A stretch of DNA of 64,000 nucleotides from an uncultured Candidatus Binatia bacterium (GCA_965218425.1 OZ244621.1:3136001-3200000), one strand, 5' to 3'; numbered from the stretch's first letter, positions 40,970 through 52,300 are shown. Notes: a model not told the origin generated them from the sequence alone. Numbers and translations: made by a program.

Positions 40970-41444
40970 CTTATCCGAGTCCGATCAGTTGGCCCTACTG
41001 GACCTGGCAAACGGACTGAGGGTCGGTGAGAATCATTTGCGGGATCTTTTGGACTGGGCAGAGGAAATCTCCCTAAGGGACGGTTTGAGCCTTTGTGGAT
41101 TGATCAAGGGAGAGAACATTGAACCCATTTGGTCGGATCCACGATTGGGTCGAGGGGACAAACTCAGGCGGATCAAGGAGGAAATGCGTCGCCTACGGTT
41201 TCCACGCCTGGTACGGATGGAGAGGGAAATTCAAAAGAGAATTCGAGCCCTGGGACTCGGCTCGCAAATCCAGTTTTCGGTTCCACCGGGTCTGGAGGGC
41301 GGGACCCTCACGGTCCATCTGTCGGCCGCCGATGAAGCAGATATGAGAAAGCTTCATGAAGAGCTGGGGAAGCTCTTGGAAAGGTCAGAGATGAAGGACA
41401 TATTTGAGTATCTCAGCGGGCGAGCTGTGGAAGAGTCAGGTTAA
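40896..41444 (+). CDS. Hypothetical helical protein (LRFPRL motif)
   Basis: 182-aa ORF with SD GAGGAG, between the GT2 and SPL-like genes. Confidence 0.75.
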   Translation: MTNQAILEYGKERGIRNQTLQRWLDLSESDQLALLDLANGLRVGENHLRDLLDWAEEISLRDGLSLCGLIKGENIEPIWSDPRLGRGDKLRRIKEEMRRLRFPRLVRMEREIQKRIRALGLGSQIQFSVPPGLEGGTLTVHLSAADEADMRKLHEELGKLLERSEMKDIFEYLSGRAVEESG

Positions 41445-41491
41445 GACAGTTATTAGGTTCCGTGGAGGAATGCGGGAGGTGAGTTAATCCC

Positions 41492-42586
41492 ATGAAAAAT
41501 TATCAACCCCAGGAAGTCATCGTCGAGGCTAGTGTAGGACACGGGTCTATATACAAAAACTTGAAGCATAACCTGCCGGATATTCCCTTTACCTTCGTGG
41601 AGGATCCGCAGACTTACCTGTCCCAACTACAATCCTCAGGGGATCCCGTGGGAACGGGCAAAAAGCGGCTGCTGTTGACCCGCCACAGGGGTGATTTCCT
41701 CAAGAAGTGTCCCGGCACCGAGGGTGCGGTATGTTGCAATTATTTTGTGGTTAACTTCGCCAGTAATTGTCCCATGGATTGTAGTTACTGTTATCTTCAG
41801 GATTACCTGGCGCACAATTCTGCTCTCAAGGTATTTGGCAATGTGGAGGATTTGTTGGGAGAGGCCCGTGAGCTTTTTAGCCGCCAACGAGGTTTCTTCT
41901 TCCGCGTGGGTACCGGTGAAATTACCGATAGCCTTGCCCTAGACCCTTATATTGGATTTTCTGAACAGATCGTGCCCTTTTTCGCGGAGCAACCCAACGC
42001 CTTTCTGGAACTCAAGACAAAGAGCAACTGTGTGGAGAACTTGCTGCATTTGGATCCCAAAGAGAGAGTGGTGGTTTCGTGGTCCATGAACCCTCAAAGA
42101 ATCATTCAACAGGAAGAACATCTTACGGCGTCCTTTGAGGAGAGACTGGCGGCTGCCTGTGATTGCCAACAGGCCGGGTATAAGTTGGGGTTCCACCTGG
42201 ATCCCATCATTGAATACACCGGTTGGGAGGAAGACTATCGAGAGATGGTGGAAAGGATTTTTACGGTTCTGGACTATCGGAGAATCGCCTGGGTGAGTAT
42301 GGGTGTCCTGCGTAACACTCCTAATCTGAAACGGATCATGCGCCAGAGGTTCCCCTCCACCCGGCTCCTGTCCGGAGAACAGGTCCTGTGTCCTGATGGT
42401 AAGATGCGTTATTTTCACCCCTTACGGGTTAACATCTATCGCAAGATGCTCCAGTGGATTCGGAATGTTTCGCCCACTGTGTTTGTTTATCTCTGCATGG
42501 AGTCGAGGGAGGTGTGGGAACAGGTGTTTGGCTTTTCCCCAAGTTGTGAAAAAGAATTGGGAAATCAAATGATCCCACGTGAGTAG
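41492..42586 (+). CDS. Spore-photoproduct-lyase-like radical SAM protein
   Basis: CPMDCSYC CxxxCxxC; GTGEITDSLAL, LELKTKS, SWSMNP, GKMRYF and YLCMES motifs. Confidence 0.9.
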   Translation: MKNYQPQEVIVEASVGHGSIYKNLKHNLPDIPFTFVEDPQTYLSQLQSSGDPVGTGKKRLLLTRHRGDFLKKCPGTEGAVCCNYFVVNFASNCPMDCSYCYLQDYLAHNSALKVFGNVEDLLGEARELFSRQRGFFFRVGTGEITDSLALDPYIGFSEQIVPFFAEQPNAFLELKTKSNCVENLLHLDPKERVVVSWSMNPQRIIQQEEHLTASFEERLAAACDCQQAGYKLGFHLDPIIEYTGWEEDYREMVERIFTVLDYRRIAWVSMGVLRNTPNLKRIMRQRFPSTRLLSGEQVLCPDGKMRYFHPLRVNIYRKMLQWIRNVSPTVFVYLCMESREVWEQVFGFSPSCEKELGNQMIPRE

Positions 42587-42852
42587 CGTTAATGGTTATT
42601 CGTTGAATCGTGTTATATATGAGTTCGTTAGTCGGTATTCCAACGGTTCTGGCCACAGCTCAATCTGAACGTTCCCGTACCCGTGCTCCACAGAACTCGC
42701 CCCTCGGACGCCTTTTATGGCCTCTTAATTATGAACTCATTAATCTATTGAGACCAGGTGACAATGTGCGTGATACGGGCAAGGCAACGGTTAACGGAAA
42801 TGTGAGTGGCGAATTTTGAATAACAAATAATGACTATACGAATCACGAGTTG
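42587..42852. repeat. CGAATAA-type heptamer-stutter inverted repeat upstream of secA
   Basis: Left arm GTTAATGGTTATTCGTTGAATCG; right arm TGAATAACAAATAATGACTATACGAATCACGA. Confidence 0.7.
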
Positions 42853-42896
42853 AAGGCTTGTAGTAAACACGCGGAAACGGTATTTTAAATTGAGTT

Positions 42897-45800
42897 ATGA
42901 TTGGTTTGATTAGAAAGATCGTCGGGACGAAGAACGACCGGGAATTGAAACGAATTCATCCCCGGGTGGAGCGGATCCGTAGCCTGGAGCCCTCCTTCGA
43001 AAAATTGACCAACGCCGAGCTCACGGCCAAGACCGACGAATTTAAACGGCGGCTGGGTGATGGGGCCGCTCTGGATGACCTTCTCCCTGAGGCCTTCGCG
43101 GCGGTGCGCGAGTCCTCCCGACGAACCATCGGTTTACGACACTTCGACGTCCAGATGATTGGTGGTGTGGTGCTCCATGAGGGGAAAATCGCTGAGATGA
43201 AAACCGGCGAGGGTAAAACTCTGATGGCGACACTGCCTTTTTACTTGAATGCCCTGGAAGGGAAAGGGGTTCACCTCATCACCGTCAACGACTACTTGGC
43301 TCGTCGGGATGTGCAGTGGATGGGGCCCGTTTACCATCTCCTGGGGCTTTCCGTGGCCTCCATCGTTCATGACTCAAGTTACGTCTTCGACCCCACCTAT
43401 CTGACCAAGGATTACCGCTATCTGAACCTTCGCCCCGTCTCGCGCAAGGAGGCCTACCTCGCCGATGTTACCTACGGAACCAATAACGAGTTCGGCTTCG
43501 ACTATCTGCGGGACAACATGAAATTTTCCTTGGACGAGTACGTGCAGCGAGACCTGAACTTTGCCGTGGTGGACGAGGTGGATAATATCTTGGTGGACGA
43601 GGCGAGGACTCCCCTGATTATTTCAGGTCCTGCGGAGGAATCCACGGATAAGTACTACACCATCGATCGGATTATACCCAAGCTCCAGCGAGGGGCTGTC
43701 ATTCAAGGGGACCCATCCCAAGAGAACCGTGCCGCCATTGAAGCCCAGGGGGACTATACCGTTGATGAGAAGAGCCGCACTTCCACGTTGACGGAGACGG
43801 GTATGGCGAAGGTGGAACGCCTCCTGGGTATCCATAACCTCTACGACCCTAGGCACATCGATACGCTTCACCACGTCAATCAGGCGCTGAAAGCTCACAG
43901 TCTTTTTAAGCGCGATGTGGATTACGTTGTCAAAGAGAGTGAAGTGATCATCGTGGACGAGTTTACCGGGAGGCTCATGCCGGGACGACGGTGGTCGGAC
44001 GGGCTCCACCAGGCAGTTGAGGCCAAGGAAAGGGTACGCATTCGCGAAGAGAACCAGACCCTGGCCACTATTACGATTCAAAACTACTTTCGCATGTACA
44101 AGAAGCTGGCCGGGATGACCGGCACCGCGGACACGGAAGCCCCGGAGTTCAAGAAAATATACAAGCTGGACGTCACAGTGGTTCCTACCCATAGGAACAT
44201 GGTTCGAACGGATTACGCGGACGTGGTCTATCGGACCGACAAGGAAAAGTTCGAGGCCGTGGTTGAAGAGATCGCGGATTGCCACGGGAGAGGGCAACCG
44301 GTTCTCGTGGGCACAGTATCGGTGGAGAAGTCGGAGCTATTGTCACGGATGCTCAAGAAAAATGACGTTAAGCATAACGTGCTCAACGCCGTGAATCACG
44401 AAGCCGAGGCATCCATCATTGCGCAGGCCGGCAGATTTGGCACCGTCACCATTGCAACGAATATGGCGGGACGGGGTACGGATATTTTATTGGGCGGCAA
44501 TCCGGAATTTTTGGCCCGCACTGATATGGAAAATGAGTGGATGAGCCGCGCGGCGAAACTCCCCTTTGAGGGCACCAAGCGCTATGAGGACGCCTTGAGG
44601 GAACTCAGAGAAAAATATGAAGAGGACGTGCGGCGGGCCGAGAAACGTTACCGGGAGGAAGGGGAGACTTTCGAGCGCCAAAGAAGCGAGGCTCTAAAGG
44701 CGTCCACCGACATCCATCGCCGTATTCAAGGGCTTTCTCCGTTCCGGGAGTTTCGACGTGAGTATGAAGAGGTTTCCACCACCGAATTGATCGATGCCCT
44801 GCATTCCCAGCGACACCTTCCCGATCGCTACCTGGAAGTAAAGACCAACTTGGAGAGTTCGATTTTGGAGTCCGCAGGCACGGAGAACTCCAGCGTCCGG
44901 CAGGGCTTTGAAGAGGCCCGTGGGGATTTGAGCAAATATTTGGACCAGTGGCAGGACTCCGATGGCGGCAGGCACAACCTGATGGAAGTTGTGGATGAGA
45001 AGAGACGCGCCTACGAAGAGCTGCTGGATGAGTATGAGTTCGCGGTGGCAAAGGCCGTTCTATCAAAGGGTGAGCACGCGGGGATGGTGAAAGAGTACGA
45101 GGAGGCGCGTCAGGCATTTGACCAAGCAGAGATTCACTGCGAAGAGGTGCGGGGTCCTTACGAGGAAGCCGTTCGACGGGCTCAGGAGAACTACGAGTCC
45201 AAGCGGCAAGAGTATGCGCAGGCAGTGGAAAAGATTCGTGAGGACTTGGAAAAGGCTCCTGATACCTACCGCCAGCGCTACGGGGAAATCCTGGAAAGTT
45301 ATACTAAGGTCTGTGCAGAAGAAAGGGAACAGGTTATCAAGGCTGGGGGGGTCCATATCATAGGGACGGAGCGGCATGAAAGCAGGCGGATTGACAATCA
45401 GCTCCGTGGTCGTGCCGGCCGTCAGGGAGATCCGGGTTCCTCCCGATTCTTCCTGTCTTTGGAAGATGATCTCATGCGCATCTTTGGGGCGGAACGGATC
45501 CAGAAGATCATGACCCGTTTGGGGATGGAAGAGGGGGTTCCCATCGAACATGGATTGGTCACCCGGGCCATCGAGAACGCTCAGAAAAAGGTTGAGGCCC
45601 ACAACTTCGATATCAGGAAGCATCTCTTAGAGTACGATGACGTCATGAACAAGCAGCGTGAGGTCATCTATACGCAGAGAAAAGAAGTCCTCAGGGGGGA
45701 GAATCTGAAGGAAGAAATTCTGGCCATGGCCGACGGCCTGGCTCAGGAAACTTGCAATCGTTACGCTGATTCTCAGCTCCCTGCCGCTGAATGGGACTTC

Positions 45801-46367
45801 AAAGGGCTTTCCGAATCTCTGTTTCACCAGTTCAACTTCCGGTTTCAGCTAAATCCCGACGAGCTGGAGAATCTGACGCCTGAGGACCTCGAGGAAAAGG
45901 CTTTGGATCAGGTTAACAAGTGCTACGAAGCGAAAGAGCGGAACATAAGTCCAGATCTGCTTCGACAACTGGAAAAGATTATCATGCTCCAGACCATCGA
46001 TAGCCTCTGGAAAGATCACCTCCTGGCCATGGACCATTTGAAGGAGGGAATCGGACTGAGGGGCTACGGACAGAAGAATCCGTTGCAGGAGTATCAGAAA
46101 GAAGCGTTTGGGATGTTTGAGGAAATGGTGCAAACCATCCAGCAGGATATGGTTCAGAAACTCTATACCATCGAAGTGGCTCATGAGGAGGCCTTGGAGG
46201 AGATGGAGGCCCAGCGCCGTCCAAAGCGGATGGTATTGAGTCACGGCGATGGAGAAGAAGGGCCGGCCCGGGTGGCAACCGTCAAGCGCGAAGGGGGCAA
46301 GGTGGGTCGAAATGATCCCTGTCCTTGCGGTAGCGGGAAAAAATATAAAAGATGCCACGGCCGGTAA
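42897..46367 (+). CDS. secA: Preprotein translocase ATPase SecA with a very large helical insertion (1156 aa)
   Basis: [46 protein letters not shown] and C-terminal [13 protein letters not shown] motifs. Confidence 0.98.
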   Translation: MIGLIRKIVGTKNDRELKRIHPRVERIRSLEPSFEKLTNAELTAKTDEFKRRLGDGAALDDLLPEAFAAVRESSRRTIGLRHFDVQMIGGVVLHEGKIAEMKTGEGKTLMATLPFYLNALEGKGVHLITVNDYLARRDVQWMGPVYHLLGLSVASIVHDSSYVFDPTYLTKDYRYLNLRPVSRKEAYLADVTYGTNNEFGFDYLRDNMKFSLDEYVQRDLNFAVVDEVDNILVDEARTPLIISGPAEESTDKYYTIDRIIPKLQRGAVIQGDPSQENRAAIEAQGDYTVDEKSRTSTLTETGMAKVERLLGIHNLYDPRHIDTLHHVNQALKAHSLFKRDVDYVVKESEVIIVDEFTGRLMPGRRWSDGLHQAVEAKERVRIREENQTLATITIQNYFRMYKKLAGMTGTADTEAPEFKKIYKLDVTVVPTHRNMVRTDYADVVYRTDKEKFEAVVEEIADCHGRGQPVLVGTVSVEKSELLSRMLKKNDVKHNVLNAVNHEAEASIIAQAGRFGTVTIATNMAGRGTDILLGGNPEFLARTDMENEWMSRAAKLPFEGTKRYEDALRELREKYEEDVRRAEKRYREEGETFERQRSEALKASTDIHRRIQGLSPFREFRREYEEVSTTELIDALHSQRHLPDRYLEVKTNLESSILESAGTENSSVRQGFEEARGDLSKYLDQWQDSDGGRHNLMEVVDEKRRAYEELLDEYEFAVAKAVLSKGEHAGMVKEYEEARQAFDQAEIHCEEVRGPYEEAVRRAQENYESKRQEYAQAVEKIREDLEKAPDTYRQRYGEILESYTKVCAEEREQVIKAGGVHIIGTERHESRRIDNQLRGRAGRQGDPGSSRFFLSLEDDLMRIFGAERIQKIMTRLGMEEGVPIEHGLVTRAIENAQKKVEAHNFDIRKHLLEYDDVMNKQREVIYTQRKEVLRGENLKEEILAMADGLAQETCNRYADSQLPAAEWDFKGLSESLFHQFNFRFQLNPDELENLTPEDLEEKALDQVNKCYEAKERNISPDLLRQLEKIIMLQTIDSLWKDHLLAMDHLKEGIGLRGYGQKNPLQEYQKEAFGMFEEMVQTIQQDMVQKLYTIEVAHEEALEEMEAQRRPKRMVLSHGDGEEGPARVATVKREGGKVGRNDPCPCGSGKKYKRCHGR

Positions 46368-46368
46368 T

Positions 46369-46949
46369 TTCGTTAACCGTTATTGGTTGTTCGTGAATCG
46401 GAGTTGAAACGAAAGCAATTAAGCGAGAAGCGATTGCTTAAATAGACAAATGAGCGAATAAACGAAAAAGTGAATGGACGAGTCAAGCGGGCCACGCGGT
46501 ATAGCAGCGTTTGAAGATTTGGATGTTTGGAAATTTTCGGTTGAGATACGACAGGACATTTCCCGTCTCATTAAATCCTTTCCCAGTGAGGAGAAATCCT
46601 ACCTTGCCGATCAGATGATCCGTGCGTCCCGTTCAGTGACCGCCAATATCGCTGAAAGTTTTGGTGGATTTCACGTTCAAGAAAGCGTTCGGTTTTGTCG
46701 CCAGGCAAGAGGGTCCCGTTGCGAGTTGATCGATCCTCTGCATGTCGCGATGGAGGAGGGCTATTTATCAAAGGATAAATTTGAAAAGCTGGGGGCGGAT
46801 GTGTTAAGGGCCGCAAAAATCTTGAAGGGCTTTATCAGATACCTGTCCAACAATAAGCAAAAGCAACTTGACGAGTAACTATTGCTCGAACTATAGATTC
46901 AACAATTAGAGGAATGCCCGAATAACGAATTACGAATATACGAGTAACC
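46369..46949. repeat. CGAATAA-type stutter arms enclosing the four-helix-bundle gene
   Basis: Left arm TTCGTTAACCGTTATTGGTTGTTCGTGAATCG; right arm CGAATAACGAATTACGAATATACGAGTAAC. Confidence 0.75.
46474..46878 (+). CDS. Four-helix-bundle protein (23S rRNA IVP / Avd-like family)
   Basis: FEDLDVW, FPSEEK..LADQMIRASRSVTANIAE and ARGS..E motifs. Confidence 0.92.
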   Translation: MDESSGPRGIAAFEDLDVWKFSVEIRQDISRLIKSFPSEEKSYLADQMIRASRSVTANIAESFGGFHVQESVRFCRQARGSRCELIDPLHVAMEEGYLSKDKFEKLGADVLRAAKILKGFIRYLSNNKQKQLDE

Positions 46950-48134
46950 ATGATCATTAAAGTTCCCGGGTTTCGCTTCGCAGGCGTGAAATGCGGTATC
47001 AAAAAAAGCAAGAAACGAGACTTGGCGCTCATTTGTTCTGAGCGTCCCGCCACTGCCGCTGCAATCTTTACCACCAATAGAATCAAAGCCGCTGCGGTCC
47101 TAACCGGCATGAAGAAGATCAGGTCGGGTAAGATCCAAGCTGTGGTCATCAATAGCGGCAATGCCAACGCTTGCACCGGGACCAGGGGCAACCGGGACGC
47201 CGAAGAAGTCTGTGGGCTGGTTGCCGCTCGCCTATCCATCCCGTCGGGACTCGTCTTTCCGTCATCCACCGGTATGGTTGGTGTCCCCCTTCCCATGGGA
47301 AAGGTGAGAAAGGGGGTTTACCAGGCAGCGACTCAGCTCTCGCCGGAGTCCTTTTCTCAAGCCGCCGAGGCCATCCTCACCACGGATCGTTTCGCCAAGA
47401 CGTCCGTTGGGAGCTGCCGTTTGCGGGGAAAAAGGGTGGTTGTGGCCGGCATGGCAAAAGGTGCAGGGATGATTGCCCCAAACATGGCCACCATGCTGGC
47501 CTATGTCTTCACCAACGCTGCGGTGGAACTGTCTTCTCTTAAGGGTATGTTGGCGCGCGTAGCGGGCGGGACCTTTAATTCTGTCACCGTGGACGGGGAT
47601 ATGAGCACCAATGATACGGTTCTCTTTCTCGCAAACGGATTTGCCCAGAACCGTCCCGTCAAAAAAGGAAGCCAGGACGAAAAGACTCTGGAACGGGTGG
47701 TTTTTAAGGTCATGAAGGATCTGGCGCTGAAATTGGTGCAGGATGCGGAGGGAGGTACCAAGGTGGCTGAGGTCCGAGTGGAAGGGGCCCGTTCCGCGGA
47801 GGAGGCCAAGCAAGTCGCCTTTTCAGTGGCCAATTCCAATCTCGTAAAGACTGCGTTCTTTGGCGAGGATCCAAACCTCGGCCGGATCATGGTTGCGATC
47901 GGATACGCGGGCGTGCCCATCCGTCCCGAAAGGATCAGTGTGTCCCTAGGGGGAATCCGGGTGGTGCAGAGAGGAGTGGTTGCAACCGCTTCTGAGCGGA
48001 AGGCGGCCCCTGTCATGCGCCGACCTTCATTTAAAGTGAAGATCAATCTCGGGCAGGGGAAAAAATCGGCTTCGGTATGGACCTCTGATTTGAGTTACCA
48101 ATATGTGCGAATCAACTCGGCTTATCGGACCTAA
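46950..48134 (+). CDS. argJ: Bifunctional glutamate N-acetyltransferase/ornithine acetyltransferase
   Basis: NSGNANA, KGAGMIAPNMATML, DGDMSTND and DAEG motifs. Confidence 0.97.
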   Translation: MIIKVPGFRFAGVKCGIKKSKKRDLALICSERPATAAAIFTTNRIKAAAVLTGMKKIRSGKIQAVVINSGNANACTGTRGNRDAEEVCGLVAARLSIPSGLVFPSSTGMVGVPLPMGKVRKGVYQAATQLSPESFSQAAEAILTTDRFAKTSVGSCRLRGKRVVVAGMAKGAGMIAPNMATMLAYVFTNAAVELSSLKGMLARVAGGTFNSVTVDGDMSTNDTVLFLANGFAQNRPVKKGSQDEKTLERVVFKVMKDLALKLVQDAEGGTKVAEVRVEGARSAEEAKQVAFSVANSNLVKTAFFGEDPNLGRIMVAIGYAGVPIRPERISVSLGGIRVVQRGVVATASERKAAPVMRRPSFKVKINLGQGKKSASVWTSDLSYQYVRINSAYRT

Positions 48135-48150
48135 TATAGCCGTCAACGGT

Positions 48151-48233
48151 AAGCTATCAGCGATCGGCTAGAGTTAGTAATCCGGAGCGGCGGTTATAAT
48201 CGGCTGTATGGATTTTGCTGAAAGCTGAATGCT
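48151..48233. repeat. AGCTATC/GCTGANA heptamer-stutter hairpin between convergent argJ and gatB
   Basis: AAGCTATCAGCGATCGGCT ... GCTGAAAGCTGAATGCT. Confidence 0.65.
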
Positions 48234-49676
48234 TTAGGATTGGATTTTCTTTCGCAGGATTTCATTGACCATTTGCGGGTTTGCCTTGCCCTTGGTGGCT
48301 TTCATCACCTGACCCACCAAAAAGCCAAACACCTTATCCTTGCCCGCCCGGTAATCAGCCACCTGTTGCGAGTGGGCCGCCAGCACTTGATCCACGTCTT
48401 TTTCGATGCTCCCCAGGTCGGATACCTGCTCGAGACCTTTTTCTTTGACCAACTTTTCGGGAGATACCTGCTTGTCCAACATCTCGTCAAAAAGAGTTTT
48501 GGCGATCTTGCCGCTGATCTTGCCCTGATCAATCATACGGACCATCTCTCCCACATGCTCGGCGCGCACCGGCCACGAGGCAATCCGGAGATTCTCGTCG
48601 AGCTTTCGTTCCTTGATGACGCGAAAGAGATCACCAACGATCCAGTGGCCGATTGCCTTGGGGTTGGCATGGACCCTTGCCGCAGCCTCATAATAGTCGG
48701 CGATGTCCTTGCGGCTGGTAAGAAGTTCCGCATCATAGGTGGGGAGACCGTATTCGGCCATGAACCGATGCTTGCGTACATTCGGAAGCTCGGGCATGTT
48801 GCTTCTAATCTCCTGAATCCAGGACTCGTCGATGACCAGAGGAAGTAAGTCTGGATCCGGGAAGTAGCGGTAGTCGTGAGCGTGTTCCTTGGAGCGCATG
48901 GAGCGGGTCGCCCCACGGTCTTCGTCCCAAAGACGGGTTTCCTGAACCACTCGTCCCCCTTCGGATAGCACTTGCTCCTGTCGTTGGATCTCATACTCCA
49001 GGGCTTTTTCTACGGCCTTGAAGGAGTTCATGTTTTTCACTTCTGCTTTGGTGCCAAGCTTCTTGCTCCCTTTCGGCCGGATGGACACGTTGGCATCGCA
49101 ACGAAAGCTTCCCTCCTCCATATTCCCATCACATACCTCGAGGTATTGCAGGGTTGCCCTCAGGCTCCGTAGGTATTGTCCCGCTTCCTCGGCGCTGGTC
49201 ATGTCCGGTTCGCTAACGATTTCCATGAGGGGTACTCCCGCCCGATTGAGATCCACCAGGCTGTGGTCACTCTTCGGGTCGTGAATATTCTTTCCAGCGT
49301 CCTCTTCCATGTGGATCCGTGTCAGTCGAACCCTTTTTTCTCCGCCGTTCATCTTGAGGTCGATGTAGCCGTTAATGCAAAGGGGCAGCTCGTACTGGCT
49401 GATTTGGTAGCCTTTGGGAAGGTCGGGATAGAAGTAATTTTTTCTAGCCCACCGGCTGGAGCGAGCGATTTCGCAGTGGGTGGCAATCCCCGCCCGGATC
49501 GCAAACTCAACAACCTTTTTGTTTAGAACCGGCAGGACCCCGGGAAATCCCATGCATACGGGGCAGGTATTCTGATTAGGCTTGTCCCCGAAACGGGCGG
49601 AGCAGCCGCAGAAGATCTTGGACTCCGTTAACATCTGGGCGTGGACTTCGAGTCCAATCCTAGGTTCGTAGTTCAC
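48234..49676 (-). CDS. gatB: Asp/Glu-tRNA amidotransferase subunit B
   Basis: IGLEVH, RKNYFYPDLPKGYQISQ and DYRYFPDPDL motifs. Confidence 0.98.
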   Translation of the reverse strand: MNYEPRIGLEVHAQMLTESKIFCGCSARFGDKPNQNTCPVCMGFPGVLPVLNKKVVEFAIRAGIATHCEIARSSRWARKNYFYPDLPKGYQISQYELPLCINGYIDLKMNGGEKRVRLTRIHMEEDAGKNIHDPKSDHSLVDLNRAGVPLMEIVSEPDMTSAEEAGQYLRSLRATLQYLEVCDGNMEEGSFRCDANVSIRPKGSKKLGTKAEVKNMNSFKAVEKALEYEIQRQEQVLSEGGRVVQETRLWDEDRGATRSMRSKEHAHDYRYFPDPDLLPLVIDESWIQEIRSNMPELPNVRKHRFMAEYGLPTYDAELLTSRKDIADYYEAAARVHANPKAIGHWIVGDLFRVIKERKLDENLRIASWPVRAEHVGEMVRMIDQGKISGKIAKTLFDEMLDKQVSPEKLVKEKGLEQVSDLGSIEKDVDQVLAAHSQQVADYRAGKDKVFGFLVGQVMKATKGKANPQMVNEILRKKIQS

Positions 49677-49680
49677 GGTG

Positions 49681-50457
49681 TTATTTCTTTTCTGACGCCG
49701 ATAACCCGTCGATTGCCTGCTTGAACTGGGGATAGGGTTGAGCGCCTCTTAGCATTTTAACGGCCTTTACCTTTGAAGGGTCTGACTCGGTATATCCCAA
49801 TAAAAATGTCGGCGTGCCCCTAATCCCTGCGTTTACCGCCGCTGCGATGTCTTTACGGATTTCCTTCACGTACTTTCCTCTATCCAGACAACCCTCAAAT
49901 GCCGAAAGGTTTAGGCCAATAGATTTCGCGTAGGCGGAAAGGTCCTCTCGGCGCATTTTTCTCTGGTTGGCAAAGAGTTTATTATGCATTTCCCAGTATT
50001 TCCCCTGGTCTCCGGCACAGTTGGCCGCCTCATGGGCTTTAAAGGCCTGTTTGTGGATGGATTCCAGGGGGAGGTCGGCAAAGACGTATTTAAGCTTGCC
50101 TGTCTTAATGTAATCCCGTTCGATCTGGGGCAACGTCACACGGGCGTGCCGGGCGCAGTAGGGTCACTGATAATCGGAGAAGTCGATGAGGGTCAGCTTG
50201 GCGTTCAATTCTCCCTTATACGGATCATTGCCGACGTCGACAACCGTGGGTTGAAAGGCGCCGGAGGTTCGCCGCCCGCCCCTCATGGCCTTTTTGAGAG
50301 TCTCGAGTTCCCTCTGAAGATTCTCCTGGTTCTTTTTAATGCTTTCGAGCTCTTTTCTGATGGCTTCCAGGTCGGTCTGGGATTGAGTCACTGCGATCTG
50401 GGAACCGAAAAGGAGCAAACCCACTGCCAAAAACAAAGCCAGGCTGTTTTTAATCAT
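49681..50457 (-). CDS. DsbA/thioredoxin-fold protein, predicted selenoprotein (in-frame UGA at 50164-50166, U-P-Y-C)
   Basis: The 97-aa and 152-aa ORFs are in frame: IDFSDYQ-TGA-PYCARHARVTLPQIERDY...GIRGTPTF; signal peptide + coiled coil; hairpin after the UGA. Confidence 0.88.
50129..50163 (-). promoter_or_regulatory. Candidate bacterial SECIS element
   Basis: GCAC-GCCC-GUGU stem-loop with G as the first loop base, loop starting 18 nt after the UGA. Confidence 0.55.
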
Positions 50458-50510
50458 CTTAACTATAAAAATACCAGGTGGCGGCTAACCACGCAACGGA
50501 TGATTGGGGG

Positions 50511-51968
50511 TTAGAGAGACGGCTTTTTCTTGTGCCAGTCCGTGGCTTGCTCGTAGGCGTAGGCGACACGTAGTACTGTGGCCTCGTCCAGAGGTTTCCC
50601 GATGATTTGCAGTCCGATGGGGAGTCCTTTTGAGTCGAAACCGCAAGGCATGGAAAGGCCTGGAAGCCCTGCCAGGTTCAGCGAGTTGGTGAAGATATCC
50701 GATAGATACATCTGGAGCGGATCTTCGGTTTTCTCGCCAATTTTGAATGCAGTGGTTGGGGCGGTGGGGGCAACGATTACGTCACATGTTTTAAAGGCTT
50801 CGTCGAAGTCGTTCTTGATTAGCCGTCTAACTTTCTGCGCCTTCAGATAATAGGCGTCGTAGTAGCCGGCGGACAGGGAATAGGTTCCGAGCATGATCCG
50901 CCTCTTCACCTCTGGTCCGAAGCCGATTTCCCTGCTCTTAAAGTAGGTCTCGGTGAGGTTCTTTGCCTGCTGGCGAAAGCCGTATTTCATCCCATCGTAT
51001 CGCGCAAGGTTTGAGCTCGCTTCTGCTGTGGCAATGAGATAATAAACGGCTACAGCGTATTCTGTGTGGGGCAACGACACCTCCACCGTCTCAACACCGA
51101 TCTTCTCCATTACGCGGATAGCGTCCCTTACCGCCTTTTCAACCTCCGGCTGGGTTCCAGAGATGAAGTACTCCTTGGGGATCCCCACCTTTAATCCCTT
51201 CGCTTTCTTTTTTAGAGCCGACGAGTAGGACGGGACAGGGGAGTCCAGGGAGGTGGAGTCCGAAAGGTCGTAGCCCGCAATGGCCTCCAACATCAATGCG
51301 CAGTCGGTTACATCTTTGGTCAGAGGTCCCACTTGATCCAGAGACGAGGCAAAGGCGATAACGCCAAAGCGGCTCACCCGCCCATAGGTGGGCTTGAGCC
51401 CCACAATACCGCAGCAGGCCGCCGGCTGGCGGATGGACCCGCCGGTGTCGGTGCCCAGGGCCGCGATGCACTCGTCGGCTGCCACCGCAGCCGCCGATCC
51501 ACCGGAGGAGCCACCTGGCACGCAGTCCAGATTCCAAGGATTTCGTGTGATTGCGTAGGCCGAATTTTCGTTGGATGAGCCCATGGCGAACTCATCCATA
51601 TTGGTTTTCCCTAGAGTCACAGTCCCGGCCTCTTGCATTTTTCTAACCACAGTCCCGTCGTAAGGCGGAACAAAGTTACTCAGGATCTTCGACGCGCAGG
51701 TGGTGAGAACCCCTTTAGTCAGGAAGATGTCCTTGATGGCGACAGGGATGCCTAACAAGGGCGAATGGGAATCCTTGCGCCTCAGTTGCTTGTCGGCTTT
51801 CTTTGCCTCTTCCAGGGCCCTCTCCCCACAGAGGGTTATATAGGAATGGACTTTTTCGTCGACGCGGGCGATTCTTTCTAAGGTGGATTCCGTTAACTCC
51901 ACCGAAGAGACTTCTTTCTTCTTAAGCTTTTCTTGCAGTTCGTGGATGGTGAGGGAATGAAGATTCAT
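50511..51968 (-). CDS. gatA: Asp/Glu-tRNA amidotransferase subunit A
   Basis: Amidase signature [31 protein letters not shown]. Confidence 0.98.
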   Translation of the reverse strand: MNLHSLTIHELQEKLKKKEVSSVELTESTLERIARVDEKVHSYITLCGERALEEAKKADKQLRRKDSHSPLLGIPVAIKDIFLTKGVLTTCASKILSNFVPPYDGTVVRKMQEAGTVTLGKTNMDEFAMGSSNENSAYAITRNPWNLDCVPGGSSGGSAAAVAADECIAALGTDTGGSIRQPAACCGIVGLKPTYGRVSRFGVIAFASSLDQVGPLTKDVTDCALMLEAIAGYDLSDSTSLDSPVPSYSSALKKKAKGLKVGIPKEYFISGTQPEVEKAVRDAIRVMEKIGVETVEVSLPHTEYAVAVYYLIATAEASSNLARYDGMKYGFRQQAKNLTETYFKSREIGFGPEVKRRIMLGTYSLSAGYYDAYYLKAQKVRRLIKNDFDEAFKTCDVIVAPTAPTTAFKIGEKTEDPLQMYLSDIFTNSLNLAGLPGLSMPCGFDSKGLPIGLQIIGKPLDEATVLRVAYAYEQATDWHKKKPSL

Positions 51969-52252
51969 TCAATGATCTTGGGAACCTTGAAAAAGTTTTC
52001 TTCTCGCTCGGGAGCATTGGATAAAAGGGGATCGACGGCCGGTTTGTTGGTGACTCGATCGTCACGAAAGGCGTTGACGATATCTCCCACATGGGCGAGA
52101 GGCTCCACTTGATCCGTGTCCAACTGGTTTAACTTCTCGATGTAATGAAGGACATTATCCAGCTGCCGGGCCAACAGTCCTTCTTCTTCCTCTGTGAGTT
52201 CCATCCGCGCCAGGGTTGCCACATTCTTCACGTCTTCCCGTGTGAGACTCAT
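51965..52252 (-). CDS. gatC: Asp/Glu-tRNA amidotransferase subunit C
   Basis: [14 protein letters not shown]...NAP...FFKVPKII. Confidence 0.95.
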   Translation of the reverse strand: MSLTREDVKNVATLARMELTEEEEGLLARQLDNVLHYIEKLNQLDTDQVEPLAHVGDIVNAFRDDRVTNKPAVDPLLSNAPEREENFFKVPKIIE

Positions 52253-52300
52253 ATGATTTTTATTAACATAGCCCAGGAACGAAGTGCAAATTAGCAAATT

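Noticed and set aside
44500..45345. Intein in SecA
   Set aside because: No N-terminal Cys/Ser block, no His-Asn terminus, no LAGLIDADG motif; the composition is coiled-coil
46474..46878. Diversity-generating retroelement
   Set aside because: Avd-like gene only; no reverse transcriptase or TR/VR pair in the window
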